Shown piece after piece: positions 30,488-39,687 of a stretch of DNA of 64,000 nt. The notes beneath the pieces were generated by a model. It saw nothing but the letters and a program-made list of their open reading frames with translations, had not been told where the DNA came from and searched no databases. The translations under genes and the position numbers were made by a program. Positions within the stretch are counted from its first letter, which is position 1. Every line of letters starts with the position of its first letter. Source of the stretch: Spirochaetota bacterium (GTDB lineage Bacteria; Spirochaetota; UBA12135; COTS27; CBDBHE01); assembly GCA_965205605.1 (NCBI GenBank), contig CBDBHE010000006.1:224001-288000 (forward strand), written 5' to 3'.

Positions 30488-31891
30488 ATGAATGATGATT
30501 TTAAAGTAGCGGATCTTTCATTGGCTGATTTTGGTCGAAAAGAAATTGAGATTGCTGAAAAAGAAATGCCTGGACTAATGGCCATTAGAGAAAAGTACCA
30601 AAAAACACTTCCTTTAAAAGATGTGAAAATAACAGGAAGTCTTCATATGACAGTCCAAACGGCTGTTTTAATGGAAACTTTAGTTTGTCTTGGGGCTAGA
30701 TTAAGGTGGGCTTCGTGTAATATTTTTTCTACTCAAGACCACGCAGCAGCAGCAATGGCTAAAGCAGGCATTCCTGTTTTTGCTTGGAAAGGGGAAACTT
30801 TGGAAGAATATTGGTATTGTTTAGAGAAAGCTTTTGATTTTAAAGAAGGCGGGCCTGATCTGATAGTTGATGATGGAGGAGATGCCACTTTACTAGTGCA
30901 TAAAGGAGTGGAAGCTGAAAAAAATCCTACTATTTTAGAAAAAAACGATGCTTCTCATGGGGAAGATTTTATCGAACTTATTAAAATTCTTAAAAAAACA
31001 GTTAATTCTGAAAACCAAAAATGGACAAAAATAGCCAGTAACATTAAAGGCGTTAGTGAAGAAACCACTACAGGCGTCCACCGACTTTACCAAATGTTAG
31101 AAGCAGGTAAACTATCATTTCCGGCAATTAACGTCAATGATTCAGTAACAAAATCAAAATTTGACAATCTGTATGGGTGTAAAGAAAGTTTAGCTGACGG
31201 GATTAAAAGAGCAACCGATGTTATGGTAGCAGGTAAAATAGTTGTTGTTTGTGGCTATGGGGATGTAGGAAAAGGGTGTGCGGCTTCTGTAAGAGGGCTA
31301 GGGGCGAGAGTGATTATTACAGAAATTGATCCTATTTGCGCTCTTCAAGCTTCTATGGAAGGGTATGAAGTCACTACTCTAGAAAATACTTTAGAGGAAG
31401 GAAATATTTTTGTAACTGCCACAGGTAATTATAATATTATTAGAATAGAGCATATGAGAAAAATGAAAGATCAGGCCATTATTTGCAATATTGGTCACTT
31501 TGATAATGAAATACAAGTTTCTTTATTAGAAAAAGAAGTAGGGGTTGAAAAAATTAATATTAAGTCTCAAGTAGATAAATATCGTTTTTCAGATGGCCAT
31601 GAAATTATTCTTTTAGCAGAAGGACGACTTGTAAATTTAGGTTGTGCAACAGGGCATCCAAGCTTTGTGATGTCAAACTCTTTTACCAATCAAGTCTTAG
31701 CTCAAATAGAGCTTTGGCAAAAAGATTATCAATTAGGCGTTTATACTTTGCCTAAAAAATTAGATGAAGAGGTCGCAAGACTTCATTTAAGCAAACTAGG
31801 GGTACAGCTTACAAAGCTAAGCAAAGAACAAGCAGAATATATTAATGTGGACCCACAAGGGCCCTACAAACCGGACCACTATCGATATTAG
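30488..31891 (+). CDS. ahcY: Adenosylhomocysteinase
   Basis: [41 protein letters not shown]. Confidence 0.98.
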   Translation: MNDDFKVADLSLADFGRKEIEIAEKEMPGLMAIREKYQKTLPLKDVKITGSLHMTVQTAVLMETLVCLGARLRWASCNIFSTQDHAAAAMAKAGIPVFAWKGETLEEYWYCLEKAFDFKEGGPDLIVDDGGDATLLVHKGVEAEKNPTILEKNDASHGEDFIELIKILKKTVNSENQKWTKIASNIKGVSEETTTGVHRLYQMLEAGKLSFPAINVNDSVTKSKFDNLYGCKESLADGIKRATDVMVAGKIVVVCGYGDVGKGCAASVRGLGARVIITEIDPICALQASMEGYEVTTLENTLEEGNIFVTATGNYNIIRIEHMRKMKDQAIICNIGHFDNEIQVSLLEKEVGVEKINIKSQVDKYRFSDGHEIILLAEGRLVNLGCATGHPSFVMSNSFTNQVLAQIELWQKDYQLGVYTLPKKLDEEVARLHLSKLGVQLTKLSKEQAEYINVDPQGPYKPDHYRY

Positions 31892-31902
31892 TCAAAAGGG
31901 AA

Positions 31903-31924
31903 AAACATAAGGCAAACATAAGGC
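31903..31924 (+). repeat. 11-bp tandem duplication AAACATAAGGC x2
   Basis: Exact copies at 31903-31913 and 31914-31924, just after the ahcY stop. Confidence 0.8.
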
Positions 31925-32035
31925 CTGAAGTTGTAGAGATAATAATGGGTAAAAAGGTTGATAAAATTAGTCTAAATAATTATCTAAAAAATTAAAAACT
32001 ATTTTTAGAATCAAATTGCTTTTCTTAAGAGTACC

Positions 32036-32092
32036 ATCACCTTTGACAACTAAATTAATCCCCAGTAATGAATGTTGTCTTCGTCTAAATTG
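32036..32092. repeat. Left arm of a 57-bp imperfect inverted repeat (partner 34447-34503)
   Basis: Reverse complement CAATTTAGACGAAGACAACATTCATTACTGGGGATTAATTTAGTTGTCAAAGGTGAT matches the partner at 50/57 positions without gaps. Confidence 0.9.
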
Positions 32093-32340
32093 ACTTTAAT
32101 AGGGTATTCTTTTTTCCTAAATTAAAGCTGCTTGATCAAATAATTATTTTATTGAAGAGACCTCTTTTGGATCAATTGAGTTGGGTCTTTTTAAAATAAG
32201 TTTAATGTCCTCAATTTCTTCTTCCAAAATTTCCTTAAGTAGTTAAGTAGGTTAGTCATAAACAAATTTTATTTCTATTTTTCCTCCTATAATTTTTTCA
32301 ATATAACAAAGTAAAAAAACTCAAAACTTTTAATTTTTAT

Positions 32341-34258
32341 CTAAGATATAAATTGGTTAGAATGGAAAAAAAGATTTTTCTCATCATCAATTGGATCATA
32401 ATTTGTTGTTCGGTGCTTATCTTTTGATCGAATGAGTGGGATAGGAGATTCTTCTCCTTGAAATTTTAATGGATCAATGGAGTAAAACTTTTTAACAATG
32501 TCCCTATACATATATTTTATAGTCTTACAGGGAGTGCTTTCGTCTAAAAAAGTATAGCTTATTAGGTTAATTCCTGTAAAGTCATCGACGTTCTGAATGT
32601 TTTCTTCTTTTTCTTTGGTAGGATCTTCTTTTTCAATTTGAATGTGAGTTGGACAAGGCCAGATTTCTATAAAACGGGCATAAAGACTTTCCAAGCGTTT
32701 GTTCATGTTTTCTTTATTCCACTCATCAATGGTTTTTAAATACTCATTGAGGTATAAACGACTTTCGCTATAGATGATTTTTTTTTCTCTGAAAATTTGA
32801 TTAGAAAGCTCGGAGTTGTGCCCTGTATACGTGAGATTGGCTAGGGTGTGTTGATGTTCTTCTAGGTATTTAAAATCGTCTTGGGAAAGGTCTTCTTTCC
32901 ATTTATCGGATCTTTGAGGGAAAATATGCTCGATGGTGATCGCATCACTTTTTACATTGCTTTTTTCTTTTCGTCCATAGTTTTCCAAATTATCTAAAAT
33001 GTAATCTTTATTTATTTTTGATTTATAGATATTTTTAGTTTCAAGGGCTTTTTTAATTGCCTCATCCTTGGGGAAATATTCTTTGCCACTAGGAATAAGC
33101 AAGATTTCTTGTAGACACTCGAGGGGTGACTTGTTGTTGTTTTCCTTTTTATTTTCTATCTTTTTATATAAACTCATGAACATTTGACTTAATCCACCAG
33201 GAGGTGTATCACAAATAAAACGGCGAAGAAGATAAGATTGGAGGGTTTGTAACAGATCAATAAACTCCGTTTCCGAGAGTTTTTTTTCTGTATAATCATC
33301 ATAAATTTGCATCAAAAAAGGATAATAAACAGTCCTTTCTAAACGTTTGATATTTTCTACAGCCTCTTGTAGGTTTCGATTTTCTTCATTTTTAGGGTTA
33401 ATGAGCTTGTTGTAATAAGCAGAAAATCTTTTCATTTCTGCTAAAACTTCTTCTAAAACAATGGGTGTTTTTTCGTCAATAGGGTATTTTTTTTTAAAAG
33501 TTTCGTAAACCTTGTTCTTATTGGAGACAGTCTTGTGCTTCATGGTTAGAAAATCACGGATAAAAAGGCTCGTGTTGTCTTCATTCTTCGCATCATCCTT
33601 GCAATTTTTTTCGATACCTATCCAATAGTCGTTGTAGAGCTCTTTTTGTTGATCGTAAGACTTTTGAGACATCAAAACATAGTTGCGGATCAAATCAGCC
33701 TGAGTCAGGGGGAGGCCAGTAGAGTTTAGGGTTTCAAAGATTTTTTGAGGAGAATCTTTATTAGTGTCTAGCGAAACATCAATGATTAATAGCTGTTCGA
33801 TACCATCACAGACTTTCTCATAATTCTTTTCATTAATTTTTCCTTTAAAAAACTTATAGTTAATAATAAGCTGGTTGTTAATGTCCAGTAATTTTTGTTG
33901 TTCAGAAAAATCTAAAAGTGTGTTTAAGGTGTCTTTATTATTTTCTGTTACTTTTAGTTTGAGTTTTGGGGGCGCCTTTTCGTCTAAAGCATTAGAATCA
34001 CTAAAAAGCAAACTCTTTATTTTTTCTTGTTCTTTTTTAAAGGGTTTTTGGAGCTTTTCATTGGATTCGTTTTCAATAAGCTTTTGGAGAATTTGATAAA
34101 TAACGATGTAAATGAGTGTAATAGTGGTCAGTCTTTGTTGGCCCGTCAATAATGGTTAGTTTTTCGCCCCTGTCTTCTTCTGTGTAAACGAAGCTTCCTG
34201 TAAAGTGTTCTTTTTCAGTTTCAGCTCCTTTTTTTTGACTCCGTATTTTTTTAGGTAA
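32341..34258 (-). pseudogene. GmrSD-like type IV restriction protein (DUF262 + DUF1524 HNH), frameshifted and N-terminally eroded
   Basis: EHFTGSFVY..IIDG(+1 nt)QQRLTT, IFETLNSTGLPL..ADLIRN, TIEHIFPQ..HTLANLT..NSELSN. No intact YQR.Y.W motif or start found. Confidence 0.85.
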
Positions 34259-34446
34259 CTAGATAACAAACTCATCTAAAGTATCATTTTTTTGATGCTA
34301 TCTATGTTTGATAAGCTCACTTACGATCCATTTTATAATGATTGCACTTAAAGCATTAAGGGATTAACAATGAAATCATTTACTTAAGTCTATAGGGTAT
34401 TTTAAAGGTAACAAGGCTTGTAATAGATTATTTCATAATTCAGATA

Positions 34447-34503
34447 CAATTTAGACGAAGACAATATTTATTGCATGGGATTAATTTATTTGTCAGAGGT
34501 GAT
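34447..34503. repeat. Right arm of the 57-bp imperfect inverted repeat (partner 32036-32092)
   Basis: CAATTTAGACGAAGACAATATTTATTGCATGGGATTAATTTATTTGTCAGAGGTGAT. Confidence 0.9.
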
Positions 34504-34679
34504 AATTTTTTAAAGTATAGATTATAAAAATGTCATTGGTCAAAAAAAGAAATTTGAGTTTAAAAATAATTTGCTAACTTTTCAAACTGGTTTTGTGAAA
34601 GCAGGTTATTTTTAATTGTTCAATGGTTGATCATTTAAAATAATTTTATCAATCTTTTTATCTATTGTTACCTTTAATT

Positions 34680-35513
34680 TTAAACCTTAGGCCCTGTATT
34701 AATTACTTTTGGATTTTTTTCCAAAGATTCGTATTTTTTGAAATTGTCTTGAAAAAGTTTTGCTAATTTTTTTGCTTCTTGAGCATATTCGTTCTTATTT
34801 GCCCAAGTGCTTTTAGGCATTAGAATTTCGCCTGGTATATTTTCACAATTTATAGGGACTTCAAAATTGAAAATAGAGTCTTTTTCTAAAGAGCTTTTAT
34901 TTAGAGACCCATTATGAATCGCATCTAAAATCGCTCTTGTGTATTTCAAATCAATTCGTTCTCCTTTTTGGCACCTACCTCCGATCCACCTTGTGCTGAC
35001 TAGCCATGTATTGGTATTAAACTGTTTCATTTTTTTAGCAAGTCAATCACTATATTTTTTAGTTGGGTACCAAACCATAAAAGCAGCCCCAAAACAAGGT
35101 GAAAAGATTGCTTCCGGTTCGGTTATTTTCATTTCTGTTTCTGCAATTTTTGCTGTATAACCACTGATGAAATGATAGCTTGTTTAGCTTAGAAGTCAGT
35201 TTGGCTACAGGAGGTAAAACCCCAAAAAACAAACTCGTATCTCTTTTTTTCTTTCATTAGCAGAGCAATGCATTGAAAGAATATTTTTTTTAAGCATGAA
35301 TGTAATTCATAATTGTAAAAACTCCTTTCTTCATTTCTCCGGTTGTACTCTGTGCCCAAAATAATCATTTCTTTTTTCTCAAAACAAACACCAACAGAGG
35401 TTGTAGAAGTCATTTTAGTTGTGCATTTATTAGCTGGAAAACATCTTGTATTATTTAGAAGAATTTCTAATAATATCCTTAGTTTTTACTTCATATTTTT
35501 TTAAAATATTCAT
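34680..35513 (-). pseudogene. pckA: ATP-dependent PEP carboxykinase remnant with large internal deletions and frameshifts
   Basis: Fragments [74 protein letters not shown] fit in about 830 bp, roughly half of a normal gene. Confidence 0.92.
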
Positions 35514-35577
35514 TATGCTCCTTTTTTTTACAATCAATTCTTTATAAAAAAATAAAATCAAACAAGGCAAAGATAAT

Positions 35578-36564
35578 TTATTTTAATAGATTAATTTTTT
35601 GAAGTTGTTTTTTTTTGATTTCTCCAAAGTCATCATCTACTTGACGGGTATGAAATAAAGCGGATATAGGATAATGATCACTAATTCTTTTTTGAATTCG
35701 CTCAAGAGAATATTCTAATTTAAGGTTTGTTTTTAACTGTTTAGATTCGTTTTCAAATAAATAAATTTCTTTTACTTTGATGTATTCTTTTTTAGTATGT
35801 TTGGAATGAATCCATATATTATCAATGGCATGCTTTCCCCTTAAGGTTGTTTTTGTTTCAAAAGGGATGATTGGTTGGTATTCTTTTTTAATTTCTTTCC
35901 AAGCTTTATGGTGGCTGACTAGGTTAAAATCCCCTAAAAGGATCAAGTCTTTTTCATCTCCCTTAATCGTGTCTATAATTTTTTTTAAAGCATTGATTTC
36001 ATTGATTCTTTTTTCAAAGCCTCTTTTTCCTTTGCCTCGAATTGCATGAAAGTTGATTAACACAAAATCAAAATTACCAACCACAAAACAACCAATAAAA
36101 GGCTCTCTATGAAAAATATTTTTTGTATCTTTAAAAAGAAAAATTTCTTTCAAAGTAACGTTATCTCGATAAAAGAAAGCATATCTTTCTCTTAATAGAT
36201 TCCCTCCTAAAGAAGGAGAATACTGATATTGATAATTTGGTAAGTATTGTTTTAGTTTTTTTAAAATAAAAACATCTAAAACTTCTTGAATGGCAATAAG
36301 ATCATAACGAGATAAAATCGTTGCGATTACTTTTATTTCTTCTTTGTTTCGTGGTTTCCACCAATTGAATTGCTCTTCAAAGCTTTTATGATTAGGATCC
36401 ATGTAGAGCCATTTGATATTCCAGCTAGCAAGAGAAAAAGAAGCGTTTGTTGTTTGTAATTGGTTTTCATTTGCTTTGATAGAGTTTCCTATGAAAGCAA
36501 ATGAAAAAGATAAAAAAAGATAAAATTTAATCTTAATTAAAGCGACCTTTTTAAAAGAAATCAT
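35578..36564 (-). CDS. Secreted DNase I-like endonuclease/exonuclease/phosphatase
   Basis: Signal peptide; ASWNI, IAIQE, ERYAFFYR, FHREPF, GDFN, ISDHYPI. Confidence 0.88.
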   Translation of the reverse strand: MISFKKVALIKIKFYLFLSFSFAFIGNSIKANENQLQTTNASFSLASWNIKWLYMDPNHKSFEEQFNWWKPRNKEEIKVIATILSRYDLIAIQEVLDVFILKKLKQYLPNYQYQYSPSLGGNLLRERYAFFYRDNVTLKEIFLFKDTKNIFHREPFIGCFVVGNFDFVLINFHAIRGKGKRGFEKRINEINALKKIIDTIKGDEKDLILLGDFNLVSHHKAWKEIKKEYQPIIPFETKTTLRGKHAIDNIWIHSKHTKKEYIKVKEIYLFENESKQLKTNLKLEYSLERIQKRISDHYPISALFHTRQVDDDFGEIKKKQLQKINLLK

Positions 36565-37116
36565 TTATTTAATGATTTTTGCAACGACCAAACCTACTAA
36601 CAACCAAGATACAAGATAATCAAAAACATAAGCAAGCTCATAATTAAGGGGTGTTTGCCACCAATTCCACTGTGTAATTGGATCTAGTAATGAAGCAAAT
36701 ACCCCAAATAAAACCACAAAGCCACATTTTTTTAAATAACTATTGAGTTTTTCTTTTGATAAAGAAACACAAAAGGCAACAATAAAAGTACAAATCATAT
36801 TAATAAAAAAATAGATTATAAAAGGCCCTGCTGACATAGAAGCTCCTTTAGGACTAATAAACATTAAATTAATGTTGGGGCCTTTTTTATAACGTTTTTG
36901 CCATTCTTCTAAGGTTTTACTGGATGTTTCTGGCATCCCTGGATAGTGATAAGCTCCTTTTGGAAGAGAGTTTAGAGACATGGCAGCAATTGCTTTTTCT
37001 CCATCAGGAAGTGGTGTGATTGTTTTTTGATGAAATGGCAAGACTCTCCAAGCAATATTTGAATACATAAAGAGAATGATGCCACCTATAACACTAGTAA
37101 TAATAATTTTTTTCAT
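36565..37116 (-). CDS. Hypothetical membrane protein (~4 TM)
   Basis: Four hydrophobic segments; its stop directly abuts the DNase start. Confidence 0.7.
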   Translation of the reverse strand: MKKIIITSVIGGIILFMYSNIAWRVLPFHQKTITPLPDGEKAIAAMSLNSLPKGAYHYPGMPETSSKTLEEWQKRYKKGPNINLMFISPKGASMSAGPFIIYFFINMICTFIVAFCVSLSKEKLNSYLKKCGFVVLFGVFASLLDPITQWNWWQTPLNYELAYVFDYLVSWLLVGLVVAKIIK

Positions 37117-37321
37117 GAAAGTAGCTCCGTGTGAGTTTTTTTACTTATCATTTTAATCGATTTTTTTTTTTTTGGAAATGCTTGATCGATTTTAATTTTT
37201 TTATCACTTTTATAAATCATTTATTACACCAATAAATGTCTTTTAGTGTATTGTGAGGTGTCATTTTTAGTAAATGCTTAAGTGATCTATTTTTTGTTTA
37301 TTAATAAAAAAGCAGGAGAAA

Positions 37322-38084
37322 ATGAAAAATTATTTTAAGCATTTTTTTTCGATTTATTTTTTTGCTAAATCTTCATGGATTAGTGATTGTTATTTTTTTA
37401 GTAGGTTTGTTTTCACAAAAAAAATAGAAGTTTTTGCATGAAATGTTTCTTACTTGATGGGCAAAGAAATTGAATACAGTTTTTGGTGTTAAGGTCATGA
37501 TTGAATGTGGGGGAGTAGATTTTACAAAAAAAAAATCTATTTTTTTTGTTGGCAATCATGTTAGTTATCTTGATATTTTTGTTTATTGTTCTCTTGTGTT
37601 AGGGAGCTTTGTGGCTAAAATAGAAATTAGTCGCTGGCCTATTGTAGGTTTTTTTGTCAAACTTGGAAAAACTTATTTTATTGATCGGAGCAAAAAAACA
37701 GAGGTCAAAAGAGTATATCAATCTTTAAAAGCTCATTTTAATTTAGGCAATAGCGTTATTTTGTTTCCAGAAGGAAAAACTTCTGATGGCACAGAAATCA
37801 AGCCTTTAAAATCTTCGTTTTTGGAAGTTTGTTGTCAAAGTCAATTGCCTGTTTATTATGGAGTGGTGCGTTACATTAGTTTAGATAAAGCTTATGAAGC
37901 TAAAAGAGACATTGCTTGGTGTGATGGACGTTCTTTTTTCTTTCATTTTATAAGGCTTCTTGGTAATTTTGGCATTGAAGCGAGAGTGTCTTTTGGAAAA
38001 GAAGCGTTGTTTTTTAAAGAATGAAAAACCCTTAGTCAAGAACTTGAAAAAAAAATGAAGATGCTTTTATCTCAAATTGATTAG
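37322..38084 (+). pseudogene. Lysophospholipid acyltransferase (PlsC-like) pseudogene
   Basis: RBS GGAG and ATG 37322; early frameshift; in-frame TAG 37425, TGA 37455 and TGA 38022; NHVSYLD and FPEG intact; reads on to TAG 38084. Confidence 0.8.
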
Positions 38085-38245
38085 AATTTTAGTATATTTT
38101 ATTTTTGAATTAGGACAAAAGAACATTTTTTTTAGATAAATTTTTTAATGTTGATTATACTTTTTAATATTGATGGTACTTCAAAAGAAGTATATTTTTA
38201 GTATGTTACAATCAGAAGCTACTATTTGATCAAGGAGAATTTAAA

Positions 38246-39685
38246 ATGATTCAAAAATATTCTTTAAAAATATTAGATAATCCTTCAAATGAAGGGAAGA
38301 TTGAAGTTAAGGCTCCTTATAGTGGGGATGTCATTGGTCAAGTAGAAGCAGCGAGCGAAGCTTCTGTTGATAAGGCATTAGATACAGCGTATCGTTTGTT
38401 TCAAAATAAAAACAAATGGCTTAATCCTTTTGAGCGAATTGCTATTTTAGAAAAGACAGCGTTGATTATGGAAAAAAGAGTTGATGAGCTTGCATTAGAA
38501 TCTGCTAGAGAAGGGGGGAAACCTTTTATTGATTCGAAAGTGGAAGCGATGAGAGCTATTGAAGGAGTGAAAGCTTGTATTGAAACTTTGAAAACAAAAT
38601 CCGGTAAAGAGATTCCTATGAATCTGACAGATGCTTCAAAAAATAAAATAGCTTTTACGCATTTAGAGCCTATTGGAGTTGTGGTGGCAGTCAGTGCTTT
38701 TAATCATCCACTTAATTTGATTATTCATCAAGTGGTGCCTGCAGTTGCAACAGGATGCCCTGTGATTGTCAAGCCAGCTGAAGACACCCCACTTTCTTGC
38801 TTTCGTTTTGTTGAAATTTTGCATGAAGCGGGCTTGCCTGAAGAATGGTGCCAGGCTTTGGTAGCCAAGTCTATTCATGTTGCCGAAAAATTAGTGACAG
38901 ATAAGAGAGTTGGATTTTTTTCTTTTATTGGCAGCGGAAAAGTTGGATGGATGCTTCGTTCTAAATTAGCACCTGGGGCTAGGTGTGCTTTAGAGCATGG
39001 AGGAGCAGCCCCTTTACTTGCTTTTGCAGATGCGGATATGAAGGAGATGGTTGCTAAGATTTTAAAAGGGGGTTTTTATCATGCAGGTCAAGTTTGTGTT
39101 TCTGTTCAACGGGTTTTTGCTGATGAAAAAATAGCAGCACAACTGGCAAATGATCTCGCAAGTCAAGCTAAAAATCTTATTGTAGGAGATCCTACAGATA
39201 AAACCACTCAAGTAGGGCCTCTTATTCGCCCTCAAGAAGTTGATCGGATTGAAAGTTGGGTCAAAGAAGCTGTTGATGCAGGTGCTAAGATTCTTTGTGG
39301 AGGTAAAAAAATATCAGATTTTTGTTATGAACCGACGGTTCTTTTTAACCCCCCAGCTAATACGAAAGTAAGTCAAATGGAAATTTTTGGCCCTGTTGTT
39401 TGTGTTTATTCATGTAAGGATATGAACGAAGCCATCCATTTAGCCAACCGTGTTCCTTTTGCTTTTCAAGCTTCTGTTTTCACAAACCATCTTGATGAAG
39501 CGATGAATGCTTATAAAATGCTTAATGCTTCAGCTATTATGATTAATGATCATACAGCTTTTAGAGTCGATTGGATGCCTTTTGCAGGTCTTAGAGAATC
39601 AGGTCTTGGCACAGGTGGTATCCCGCATACAATGAAAGATATGCAAATTGAAAAAATGATGGTTATTCATTCCAAGGGTCTTTAG
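38246..39685 (+). CDS. Aldehyde dehydrogenase family protein
   Basis: AFNHPLN, KPAEDTP, FIGS, LEHGG, GQVCVS, EIFGPV. Confidence 0.93.
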   Translation: MIQKYSLKILDNPSNEGKIEVKAPYSGDVIGQVEAASEASVDKALDTAYRLFQNKNKWLNPFERIAILEKTALIMEKRVDELALESAREGGKPFIDSKVEAMRAIEGVKACIETLKTKSGKEIPMNLTDASKNKIAFTHLEPIGVVVAVSAFNHPLNLIIHQVVPAVATGCPVIVKPAEDTPLSCFRFVEILHEAGLPEEWCQALVAKSIHVAEKLVTDKRVGFFSFIGSGKVGWMLRSKLAPGARCALEHGGAAPLLAFADADMKEMVAKILKGGFYHAGQVCVSVQRVFADEKIAAQLANDLASQAKNLIVGDPTDKTTQVGPLIRPQEVDRIESWVKEAVDAGAKILCGGKKISDFCYEPTVLFNPPANTKVSQMEIFGPVVCVYSCKDMNEAIHLANRVPFAFQASVFTNHLDEAMNAYKMLNASAIMINDHTAFRVDWMPFAGLRESGLGTGGIPHTMKDMQIEKMMVIHSKGL

Positions 39686-39687
39686 CC

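Noticed and set aside
32036-34503. CRISPR array, dif/pdif sites or an intact IS at the repeats
   Set aside because: Only two inverted copies with no spacers; poor match to XerC/XerD arms; no transposase in the interval.
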